Positions 26,435 to 38,444 of a stretch of DNA of 64,000 bases are shown piece after piece; position 1 is the stretch's first letter; the number at the start of each line of letters is the position of its first letter. Source of the stretch: Hyphochytrium catenoides. Taxonomy: Eukaryota; Protista; Hyphochytriomycota. The notes beneath the pieces were generated by a model. It was given only the letters and a program-made list of their open reading frames with translations, searched no databases and had not been told where the DNA came from. Where the stretch lies: NCBI GenBank assembly GCA_900088475.1, contig FLMG01002540.1:1-64000 (forward strand), read 5' to 3'. The translations under genes and the position numbers were made by a program.

Positions 26435-28197
26435 TGGGCTGAAACCGGATGATGCTAGTGCTACGTGTCGTTATCAAAGAAAGATGCGGTCGCTTGTCAA
26501 TGGAGACACGTTCAACTCATGCACACTCTGGGAGAAAAGACAAGCATGGCGACTAGTATTATTTATTATGGACCTTCTTAGGGAAGCCCATTGTAGCACA
26601 TTGACGTTTGGGATTAGCCCCACAATTTTTGCAAGAGATCTCGCGATCTCATCTGCTTGCATCCTATCGATCCCCACCACTGATGGCAAGAATCTTCCTC
26701 GTTATTCTGCCATTTTTGTTCAGTGCGTGGCTTAGGCTTTAGTTTCACCCTCTTTGATGAACATTAAGACAGTCATTGTAACCAACGCTACCGTTTCCTT
26801 TTACATCTATCTACGTCCAGAAGGATGCCAACAAATCGTTGCTGTTCTTTCCGCTTCCGCGTTGATTGATGTTGAGCTGGAATTGAGAGCATCTCTTTGT
26901 TGCTCTCCCATTTGTTAACAACCATCAGGAAGGGAGTGGACGAAGGACAAATGAAGCTTGTGTGACCAATAATAAATGGTGATTACTACTGAGACCATAA
27001 TAAAAGCAGGAGGGGAAAAGAAATACATCATTATAAATGATGATGGTGATGTCCCGACCACCACCACAACATTCGTTATTCATTCATTCATTCTTCGCGG
27101 CCAGCGCGGAGCTCCACGTAGCAGCAAGCACGACGACGTCATTGATAGTCGTCCCCTGTTAATAACGAACGCGGTTGGGACTCTGTCGTCGTCCAATTCA
27201 TCATGGGACGTAGTTCCGTCGGGTATTGTCCATCGCCCTGAGGATCGTAACTAGCTAGTTGCAACTGCTTCTTCAACCTACCAACAAGGAGTTGAAAGAT
27301 GCAATGATTGATGCTGCTGCTGATGAATGATGATAAATGAAGATGAGAACGAAGGAGTATGGTGCCTGAGGTACACGGGTGCTAATGTTCTTGGTACACT
27401 TATCCTGGTATCCGAGCCCCCTTATTATGAAAGGCAACCAGAACTATAAAAGTTGCGACAAAGTCAGGTCAAGCAAGTTGGTGGGGATTTTAGCTCCTTC
27501 TCCGGTTACCCCAGATCGGAAGCCTAGCTTCATATATATATAGCAAGTAACCTTATTGCCTCCTTACTAGGGGGAATTAATGCGAGAACATTTGGACAGA
27601 TCGCTTTGAAAAGCGTCATTTTGACGATCCTGCACATTTCACCCTCAAATCTTTCCAAAAGCTTCTCTGTTCCTTGATGCTATCAGTTCTTGTGCGGTCA
27701 CCCAATCATCACCCTCAACAAGAAGACATCACTCAGATGAGTGTCCACGCACCACAGGGAACCAGAAACTCCGATGGACTTGAAACACAATACGAAGCCG
27801 TTGTTAAGTGTCGGACCAGCAGGCGGCTCTGCTGAGGGTTGAAACCCGGATTGTTTTTCATTCTCAACGGGACGTGTAGAAAACAATTGGTAGTCACCCA
27901 CGACTTCCATCAGTGCCATTGTTTGACGGAGGTGGGGTCTACGTTCCACCAGCCACTGATACTGGTGGTACCCCACGTCGGTCGTGGCGCAGTCTTCTTA
28001 TTATTATAGAGAACCACAACAGTTTAGTGAGATATTTCGTTTGGCGCAACGTTCTTCTCTACTGTGGCTAAGAAGGCGCCTTCTTTACAGACGTCTTTAC
28101 AACAAGAAGGACAGGGCATCCTCCAACGCTCGCGTGATGACGACCAAGTAGCTCAGTGAGGCCTTCAACCGGCGCTTTTAATACTAATAAGCGTAGA

Positions 28198-28890
28198 ATG
28201 GGTTCCCTAAATGCAGAAGTATCAAGTGCTACAGCACCTAACGGGCTCCATGATGACGAATACATCCAACGACCGGCAACCCTGTCAGATAATCTCTCGG
28301 CGATCGTAGCTCAGGTCAACGGTTGCTACAGAGGGGATGGCAGTCGACTGGGTTGGACGACTGAGGCGGACCTCATAGATGGACAANNNNNNNNNNNNNN
28401 NNNNNNNNNNNNNNNNNNNNNNNNNNNNNNNNNNNNNNNNNNNNNNNNTCGCAGAAGATCAGCCCAAACTGAGCTTGGCGGCTCTACTGCTGCTACTACT
28501 GACGATGGAGGAGATCAGCGTGAGCAAGAAGAGGAGAACGAGGGGATTGTTGTTGTTGGGACAGTGCTCCTGGAGCACAAGGGTGACAAAGCTTACCTTG
28601 GTATGTTGACGGTTCGGCCCAACATACAGCGGGCGGGTCTCGGAAAGAAGCTACTGGCAGCTGCCGAAGACTATGTAGCAACGACTTGGCACTTAAATCG
28701 AGTGGAAATGTTTGTAATATCAACCAGGGCAGAGATTATAGCCTTCTATGAGCGCCGAGGTTATGTTATGACATCAAGAAGAGAGCCGTCGTTCCCTTAT
28801 GGTGATCCAAGGTGCGGAATGCCAAAACGTGATGATCTCCAGTTTGTAGTCATGGAGAAGAGACTAGAAAGTTCTCCGTCAACGTCATAA
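28198..28890 (+). CDS. GNAT-family N-acetyltransferase, bacterial-like, no intron visible; contains an N gap
   Basis: YRGDGSRLGWTTEADLIDGQ, AYLGMLTVRPNIQRAGLGKKLL (motif A QxxGxG), AFYERRGY, FPYGDPRCGMPKRDDLQFVVMEK. Confidence 0.88.
   Translation: MGSLNAEVSSATAPNGLHDDEYIQRPATLSDNLSAIVAQVNGCYRGDGSRLGWTTEADLIDGQXXXXXXXXXXXXXXXXXXXXXRRRSAQTELGGSTAATTDDGGDQREQEEENEGIVVVGTVLLEHKGDKAYLGMLTVRPNIQRAGLGKKLLAAAEDYVATTWHLNRVEMFVISTRAEIIAFYERRGYVMTSRREPSFPYGDPRCGMPKRDDLQFVVMEKRLESSPSTS
28387..28448. other. Assembly gap (62 N) inside the GNAT gene
   Basis: N run. Confidence 0.95.
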
Positions 28891-31693
28891 GGTTAAGAAG
28901 CATGCATAATATTATGGCACAGCAGCAAAAAACGATATCATTGAGTCTACTACTAGGCCCCGACCAAACCCCTTGACCTAATAATTAGCAACCACCTGTC
29001 GTGTTTTATTATTATACTTGCGGGTGACTTTTCTTCTAGCCTGCCTGGTGGCCTGCTTGATCCGCTTAACAGCCTGTCAGTATGTCGAGCTCCCTTCTGC
29101 CATTCGAATTCACCTTCAAATAGACATCAGCACTCTTCTTTTATGTATGCGTGATAATTCCCCCCTGCTGCCCTTCTGCTTTCCTCAGATGCGAAGGCAT
29201 CCAACCAGGAGGGACGTACGCTTAGTACTGGGTCAAAATCTGCTCTTTTTCCTCGACGACAGCTCTACATCGACCACGAGGGACAGAGAGATACTCGATC
29301 TTCTGGCTCTCGTTTCGCAACATCCTTGCAAAAGTTGCTTCCAGAGCTCCTTGCCTTCATAGCTACTATTATCCTGTAACCAGGAAGAGGAGGAGGTGAT
29401 AATAATACTCCGGAGTATTATAGTCCGTAGTCGACCAGGATTTCCGTTGAACTGCTGCTGCATCTTCTACTACATCTGTACGAGTCCGTCCATAACAGGC
29501 ATGACAAACAGAGCTACTGCCTTCTCCACGTCCTCCGGGGCGGCCTTTGATTTGCAGACACAGAAGCACGTCAAGGTCATCTACTCCATCCATTATTGTT
29601 GACCACCCATCGAGGATGTCACCACAGTTGGTTTGTTGTTGGTGACAAGGGGACATGATGATCATCGTTACCAGAAGAGATTCTAACTGAATAATGTTAA
29701 TGCATGATGATAAACCGCCGGCGATCTGATAATGTAGCAAAATTAGTGATAAAGAATTTGATGGTGATGGACACTACGACAGGAGAGACTGCGTAGTAGA
29801 GGGAGGGTAGTATATGTTTGTTGTGTGCGGATAATGATGATGGGGTCACGGTGGACGGAGGCGAACAAAAACGTTAAAAAAAAAACGGCAAAGGCGGCAA
29901 AGCTGCTGTTACTTACTATAAGAGCAGAGCTAACTAAATCTCCGCAAACGAAGGGAGAATCCTTATATGTAGGTCTTCTCGCGATTCCGGGTTTTCGAAT
30001 AAAGCCTGGTGGCATTACTGCGATCCAGCCCCAGATGGATCTTCATTGTCGCCTGCTATTATTATTTGTGGTGTGTTTCTGAGACGGATAATAGATGATG
30101 GTTGGATTGTTGGCCGTAGTACTGTAAGAACTAAGCAAAAGAGCTGCTGCCTTGTCCATAACCAAAAATCACAAGGGAAAGAACTAACTAAGTAAATTAA
30201 GAGAAATGATGATGATGATGCGTCATGGCAACGTAAACAGACCCACATCGGCGACGCTCGTTATGAAGATTACCAAGAAGAAGAAGATAGAGACATTGAC
30301 TAGGAACTAGCAGTAGTAAGAAAAATTATATAGGGAAATAGGAATGATAGAAGTTTCTACGACGAAGGTTTTGCTGATGTCTGATCACAAACCACCACAA
30401 ACCGCAATTGTGTGTTGACATTGGACACTACTTCTTGCTGTTCATCATTCAGCTCACTCACGGGTAAAAGGATAACGATAAAGCACGGAATAAGAATAAT
30501 CTTCACTCTTTGTCGTCTCTAAAACTTCATTGACCGTCTACAGTACAGTTCCATAAGAACTGAAGGCCTTATTATTAGTTTTAGGAACTTCGTAGAGATT
30601 TGTTAGCCTTCTCTAGGGCCTTACTCTAATTATTGCGCCGTTACATGATTAGAAGACCAAACGGGAAAGAGCATATTAGTCGTTAGCGACTATCTAGGGG
30701 TATCAGGGAGCGGTATTACTACAGCCTTCCCCACATGATAGTTGCGACACTAGCTCAGTCGACTAGCTAGTCTGAGACGAGCGCCACAGGGGCATATTAT
30801 TACTGCAAGGTTTGCTGTAAAACTTTATGGCAAGAAGCCAAGCCAGAGAATTTGGTGCTGGCTTTTACTTGCGGCAACCCCCTGGAGTTGGTCTGTCTAA
30901 AAAATATATATCTGTGAGTTTTCAGTTCCCTACCTCGGGCATCCTCTGTCATCTAGCTTACTCAATTTCACTATTGCCTTACTCACACCTCTTACCACTC
31001 TGTCTTGAGTTGCATTACGCTTGCATTATTTCTTTTTCCTCGTTCCTATTCTCTAACTACTAGTTCCTACTCATCTCGTTTCGCCTTCCTTTTCTTGGTT
31101 TCCTGCACTTCCCATTTCCCGCTTCCCACAACATCTAAGAAGGACTCCCGTCTTGAACAAAAGCCCAATAAACAAGCAACAAACAGCGACCCTGATTCTG
31201 CTCAATCTGGCCCAAATAACCTCGAGAAACAACGGAGTAGAGTTACATAAAACACTGTACTTTTCACAATCGGATGGAAGACAGAGTATGACAGAGAGAT
31301 GGCTCAGCAGTGAGAACCAAGGGAAGAGTAAATATGTGCTCTTGAAGAAGAAAGAGCGTAGCGCAAGGCGAAAGAGACAGACGCACAGGCTGGTCTGGGA
31401 CAATCGCCGCCTGCCATCACACATTGATCGTACTAGCTGTCATCGGTAAGCTGAGAGCTTCATGAAGCTTTGTTGCTAGAGGTCCAAACAACTCTGATAG
31501 AATAGACATTCCTGTTCCGTGCAACCCAGCGCTTCCTCGAGGCACAAAAGCTGTCAGATCAGCCTGATTGTTGACAGACGTTTGGAGCTTCTCAATTTCT
31601 CTTGCAAGCGGGGTTCTGTGAGAAAGATAAGAAACTAGGATGAACTCATTCCTTTGCCGCTTTTAGAGGCGTATCCCTATATACCAATCCATC

Positions 31694-34600
31694 ATGGGGA
31701 ACGCCCCAGCGACAATGAAAGGGTTACCTGACAGCCCCGCAGAAGAGAAGGCGGATGACTCCTTTACGATGCAGGTAGGCGGGTTCTTAGGTGCTAGAGT
31801 ACAAAGCTATACTTAGCTGCACTTTACCTTTCTACAGCTTCATTGGTCCTCGAAGATCTCAACGGTCTCATTGCGTCTTCACGAAGTCCCTCACCTCCCT
31901 TGATATGTCTTACGCCTGAGCACCGCTGCCAAATCTTGTGCGTCCTCGTTCTGCTTTGCACCTAACTAACTTCGCAACCCCACATCACCTTACGTTTGCA
32001 TTTCCGGCATATTTTCCACCGCACAATGTTCCTTACACTAGAACATTATGGAGGATCTCCGCTTGGTGCAATGGGAAGGCTATGTGGAAAAGCAGAGTGA
32101 AGTGCTTAAGCAATGGAGGCAGCGATACTTTGTCTTGGAGGGCAGAGTGCTCTATTGTAAGCCAGCTGCCCACAAGGCTCCTGCCAGTTTCCTTGGACAA
32201 GTCCACTTGCCCTTCTGGTCTTCTCTCTCCTTCACCTTAGGCGTGTCGCACCTGGCTAATTGTGTCGTATTCTTGTAAACGATGCTGATTACTGTTCTAC
32301 CCAGACTATGCTTCCAAGCAACAAGCGATGGATAAGAGAACAAATAGGGGCCAATTGTATATAACAAATGTACGATCTCTGATCTCCTGGAGTGAGTATT
32401 GTCTCCTCAACCTTGTTTCCGTGACCTTTCAGGCTTACGCTGAGGACTATGCTGCTCCTAATCCTAATGCTCGCCCGCTTTACGGCTTTGCTGTGGAACT
32501 GAGCAGCAAGAAAGTTTTGCATTGTGCAACCTACGGAGAGTTTGAACGATCCGCATGGGTTCAGTGGATGCAGGTACGCCGATCGCACACTGGCCACCTG
32601 CAGTCATATGAAGATTAAATAGAAGGGAAATAGGATAGAAGATTCCATCTGGGCCCCTGTGCTAAGTCGTGCTAGAATGACCGGCGTTAATATCATCTCG
32701 GGTTGAGTTGACTGCCCAGACTGACCCTTACTGTCATTCAAGATTGCCATTTCGGCGTCGAAGGCCGAAAGACTTGAAGCAGAGAGTGCACTTTCTGAAG
32801 TCTTTCAGTCCATGAAAGCAGCTTATGATCAGTTCTCCCCGGAGGAAAGAAGAGAAAAGCTCACAGCCCACTTTTTGAAGGAGGCTCTATGCTCTCGGAA
32901 GCTCTGCATGGAGCTGTTACCTCTTGTCAATAGAGGTTAGACAACTTAGACTTTACTCTCTTCGCTTTGCCCTGATAGAATCAATCCACCTTATCCGCTA
33001 CTTACTCCCTTCCCTCCAATTACTTCTTATGCGTCCAGCTGGTGCCGTCTATCAATTCTAGGTAGTCTCTGCTTGTTGCTGACTATTGTCCTGTAGAAAT
33101 TGTATTGAAGCAGAACTATCCCAAGTCTGTACCTTTCTCTGGTACTTTTAACGGCCGAGAGGGCCTCGTTTGCTTCTTTGAGCTTTGGACAGGGAATCTC
33201 CATCAGAAAGATCTGGCACTAAAGCTGAAGAAGGTGTGTGCTGGTTTTAGGGTGGAAATTTTAATAGGTGGTAGGACGTACTTGAGTTGCTCGCGAGTGA
33301 AGGAGCTGAGCTGAACTTCTATCTATGCCTGGAGATTGTTTAGGGGCACGTCGGCGGATGTCGTGCCAAGCGATAGCGAAGGACTGACGCAGAGCCGTAA
33401 CTCTGCACAGTTATGGTTTAGAAGTCTGATCCTCGATAGCTTCACAGGGGCCACGTTCTTTAGCAAATATATAGGGGATAGACGAACGAAAGAAGCAGGG
33501 AATGCCTTTTAAGTGCGTGGCGTGATATCTCCACCCAAACTGACTACATTCTAACGCAGTGTAAGGACAATGAGCTTCTATACGAGGGCAAAGAGACTAT
33601 ATTTTTGGAGCAAGTAACAGTTCAAGGTCCCAAGCTTATAGAAACTGAGCAGCGATTTGACCTTCTTGTCACTGTTGATCCCTTTGGCCTTCCACTCATT
33701 GTGGAGAAGGTGGTCGGACCAGATCTCATACAAAGGTGAACAAGCCTGCCTTAGCTCCCCGCCGTCCCCTAAATACTTCGTTTGGACCTCAATCTTTTCG
33801 TCTTGACGTGATCACTGTTTATAAGACAAGCCTAACTGTAGCGCACGACTACCTGCTGCCGCTCTTATATCGTAGCATTTGGCAAAACAGTTTGGTGACG
33901 GGGCGCTGCACATACAATCCATACTCCCACGCACGAGAAGGAATCAATCCAGCCTTTCATACTCCTGTGGATATTCAGTCTTTTAAAACTAGGAGAACTC
34001 TAAGCCTGACAATGGCAGACTTCGAACCTATCAGACTAATAGGGAGAGGATCTTTCGGAATGGTAGGCTCGGGCGTGCTTTGGTCAAACGCTCTGCTTTG
34101 TTCGCCAATTACCTTGACGATCTTGACATTGACGCTCGATTCTTGTCTCTATGTTTGAGTATATACCTGCTGTGCAGTTATTGGAAAGTGCATAGTGTTT
34201 ACTTTGAAGCATCCTCCTATCTCTCTACTATATTGTCAATTGGAAGAGAGCTCAAACATACTCTACCCTGTCTTGTATACTTACCATCTGATCTGAAGGT
34301 CATTCTCGCACGGCGAAAGCGCGACAAGAAGCTCTACGCTATCAAAGTGATAGACAAGACCCGACTGGATGAAGACAGTATATCGCGCCTAGAGACAGAG
34401 ACCTTAGTAGGGATGTACAGTCGGCATCCTTATCTTTGTGGTGTGCAGTTCGCTTTCCATTCACCAACCAAGATTTTCCTGGGAATGAAGTTCTACTGTG
34501 GAGGAGACTTACGGTACCACATCTACCATGAGGTAAGCTTTTAGGAAATAGAACGGTGGCGAGGTATCGTTTCCAGAGATTGCATGCGACCTTTGCGCTC

Positions 34601-37125
34601 TCTGCTGGGAAACGCGTCATGCTGAGGCTCTTTTTTTCTCTCGTCAATCTAGGACCAAAACAGCTCGGCGCGATCCCTTTTACGAGGTTCACTATTTTCC
34701 AACAGTAAGAATGTGGTTAAGAATGGTCTAGAGCTAGACCGTGTTAGGCTCTATACCGCTGAAGTAGTCCTCGCGCTTATTGATCTGCATTCCCGAGGGA
34801 TCATATTTCGGTAGGTAAAGCTCAAGAGTCGAGAGAAATATCACCGTGCATCATCTACTACATGGGTGATTTGAATCATCCAGCGTTGCCCCTTCTATCT
34901 CGGGCTCTTGAACCTCATACTTGTTGTCTTCGCAGTGACCTGAAGCCGTCGAACATCATGATAGATAATGATGGGCATATAGCCCTTGTAGACTTTGGCC
35001 TATCCAAATGCAATGTCAAGTTCTTAACTGGGGCGCAAACCTTCGCTGGCTCGGCATACTACCTGGCCCCTGAGCTCTTAGCGTCGGATTGGGAGAGAAG
35101 GCTTTACGGATACGGTTACGCTGCTGATTGGTGGTAAGTTTATTATAGCATCTCTCCTCTCACGCTACTACCGCCCACACCCACGTTTTACCTATCGTCA
35201 TGACTTCGCCCCATCCTTCCTCTGCCAACTCCTTCGCCTAAGCATCTTGTAGCTGTTTCTGTAATTTCAGTAGGCGCGACTTCCCTGCTCTTCCGCGTGG
35301 TGGTACTTCTTCGTCACTACCTTTTCTTATCAAACAGCCATGTGTCTCCACAAAAATAAATCCATTATCTGCTTTTCCTCGGCTTCCTATGCTAACCTTT
35401 CCTCTGGATGAATGACTTCGACGCTCCTATCGATTGGCTCCCTCGTATTTAACGTCTTCGGTTTCAATTTTGCACGGCAGGAGCTTGGGTATCCTGCTTT
35501 ATGAGATGTACTACGGTACTCCACCTTTCTACCACGAGAATAACCAGGATGTATTCAAGGCCATCCTCGAGAGGCAGGTTATCTTTCCCGCAGACGATCC
35601 TGGCCCCGCCGAGCTGCAAGACCTGGTTAAGCAGGTATAGTCAACCAGTCAGGCATACAGGAGACTTTTACCTTGCTGCGTAGAGGTGTTGATTAGTCCT
35701 GGACTCACGAAAAGTGACTAGTTTGCTGCATGCCGGTAGCTCAATCGCTTCCAGCGCATCATGGGGACTAATGCTGTTTGTTCCTCCAGCTGCTGGTAAA
35801 GGATCCTAAGGAGAGGCTGGGTAGAATTACTCGGAAGGTCTTGGACCATCCATTCTTTGCCGACATTAACTGGGAGGAGCTCCTCGAGAGCAAGGTTACT
35901 GCACCCTGGATCCCTTCAATGGTAGGCCATCCTGAAATGTCGTTAGTCTGCACCAGATGTAGAGACTAACTATCATGAAAATATTCTCAACCTCTGTCTC
36001 TACTTCTCTCCTTTCAACTTTCGTGGGCGCTATGTCACACAGAAATCTGAAGATTCGGCGGATTACATATCTAAGCAAAAGTATCGCGCCGGCGATCGCA
36101 GAATGTTAAGGGGTGAGAAGAGAAAGAATGAAAGGAAGCGCGCAGAGTCAACCCGTCCGAGTGGGCGCAGTGCAATCGAGATGGAGGCGGAGGATGAGTC
36201 CAAATACCGGATGTTCAACTTTGATACGGCACTGAAGAAACCGGAAAACGACTACGATCCTTTCATTGAGAATCCGCAGGACTTCAATGAGGTGGAAACG
36301 ATCAACGGAGATGTCGCGTCGCTCCGTCAATCACATCTCTTCTCTCCAAGTCACTCCCTAGCCCTTCCATCTCCCACCTACTCGCTCTCAGCCTTTAAGG
36401 AACCGGAGCAGGATCCTCCTTCTGGTGGACGAGCACGAAAGGCAAGACCTCAATCCGTGAGCGGACTTGACAGGAGGACATCTGACCTGACCGTCGCTAG
36501 CGAGGGAGTTGTGAGTGAAGGAGGGGACAGAGAGAAGCCGGGAGGCAAAAAGAAGCCTTGGAGCAGCGTGGGCCAATCTTTGAAGAAGTTCAGTTTGCCT
36601 TTCCAGCGAAAGCGAAGGCACTCGCCCGCTCCTGCTGGACAATCAGCTACACCTCATAGCCCGTACTTCCCACAGACACCTTCCGCTGAGGCTTCGAAAG
36701 TCTCTCCTGCGGCAAAGCCTATCAGTTTTGACGATCTACCGCCTAGTGACCTAACTTCTATTCTATACCCAGAGAGGAGGTCTTCAAGGGCTCTCACTCC
36801 CCCAGCTCTGCCTACCTCGGCCCCTGGTGACGCTTCTAAGGACAAGCATAGTGAAGCGGATCCGAGTGACCGCATGAAGGGATTGTTGTTCACCTTGAAT
36901 GAGGCGAATGACGCTGCAAATCGTCTTCGTGCCTTTAGCGAACACTATGCTCAGCTCTATGGAGACCAGATCACGGCCACAGATGATCGTACAACTGCCT
37001 CTACGCAACACAAGCGTGCGCCAGTCTACCCCGAGAACGGGAAGAAGACAGATATGGCGGGAGAAGAGAATGGAACAGCACTAGCGTATCAACAGATGGG
37101 ACTTCTGAATCTGCAAGAAGCCTGA
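31694..37125 (+). CDS. AGC-family Ser/Thr kinase (Akt/SGK/S6K-like) with N-terminal PH domain and NTF2/SnoaL-like insert; multi-exon
   Basis: MGNAPAT start. PH domain: WEGYVEKQSEVLKQWRQRYFVLEGRVLY...ERSAWVQWMQ. Kinase: DFEPIRLIGRGSFGM, YAIKVIDK, DLKPSNIMID, DFGLSK, TFAGSAYYLAPE, DWWSLG, HPFFADINWEEL...APWIP. Long disordered tail to TGA at 37125. Confidence 0.88.
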
Positions 37126-38444
37126 TAGCAAGACAGTGGGCAAGGAGAGCGTATCTTCGTTCGCGCTTGTCCACTACTATTTATTGAATCAAAGTAAAAA
37201 CCAATAACACCAACTGTACTAGAACAGGTATTGTTCAGCTCGAATTGTGATGCCAGAGTGTCATACCACGGTCCTGGACTGAAAGTATGACTGGAGGCCC
37301 CTGCAAGCTCCCAATGCCCTATCCCTCTTTCGCCTAACGTTCTCACAGGAACCCATTTCCCCTAGGCGTTGACGTATAAAAGGCATAGAGTTCAACGTCA
37401 TCCAAACTGATCCTGGAGCTCTGAACAACCTTAATCCATACCTTCCACTGCCCACAGCGTCCCATGCTGATGCCTATCCCACTCCGCATACATCACAATC
37501 TGCAGTCTGTCTCAGTCTTCAAATAACCTCGCAAGTGGAGCTCCTGTTCATGTGTCCGCTCCCTTTTGGCCCATGCAAGGCAGCAGGACAATTTTGACGG
37601 TTCGCGTGGGGCCGCCGCCGCGTGGTCCCCCGAGCTGCCGAACAGCCATTGCAAAAGCAGGAATTTTCTGCAAGTGTCTTGCCCTTTTGGCCCTGAACTT
37701 GTGAATATTTACACAATATTCACGCTTTGCAGCTTTTGTACCTCACTACTGTGGCACTTTTCCCAGTCGTATGCTGTCATTTGTGGTGTCAGACATAATT
37801 GACACGAGGGATGAAGACAGCGTGTTTGTGTTATTTCACAGGAGCCATGATGTCAGTTTAGTTCGACTTTCATCACTCTGTTCAATGTAGGTAATCCGGG
37901 TTAGGAGGTGGGTGAATAGGGTGGGTCAAAGCTCGCAGAGTTATAGAGAGAGATCATAGATCCCATGTCTGAGACCCGTATCTGGGTCACCCAAGTCCTG
38001 AGGTGTCTGCACTTTCTTTCTTCCGTTCCTCTGCTTTTCCTGGTTGCACGGCCAGAGTTCCGAAAGCTCATTGCCGCCGCTCTGTGAGACCAGTCCACAG
38101 CCCTCCAGACATCCTGCAGCTTTGGCTCCGTCAGACCAGAGTTCAGGGTCTTCACAGATTGTGAAGCCTGATTGGGATCTTTCCTTCTGTCTCCGTCGCT
38201 CCCCCGCTTCTTCAGTATTCTCGCGTTAATGCTTGCGCCTAACAGAGCGTGATACTCAGTGTGAGACGTGGAAGGTGGAGGCTTTCTTCTTAGCCCCATC
38301 CTCTTTGCGAAGAGGAAGAGAGTGACCTTCACTCCTGAATGGGCTAGTTCTGGTGAGCGTTAGCTCAAAGAATGTCATCAAAGTGACAACGAACAGCGCC
38401 TTCCCTTGGAGCACATAGCGATACTTCTTTCCGTCGGAGGAGTG

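Noticed and set aside
29000-30300. Overlapping short ORFs downstream of the GNAT
   Set aside because: Low-complexity ATG/ATT-rich sequence with no coherent protein.
37561-37723. Direct repeat CCCTTTTGGCCC x2 and hairpin GTGAATATT-n5-AATATTCAC upstream of ATG1
   Set aside because: Short enough to arise by chance; no element boundaries or ncRNA signature.
37901-38332. 143-aa minus-strand ORF upstream of ATG1
   Set aside because: Non-ATG start, no homology cues; probably promoter or UTR sequence.
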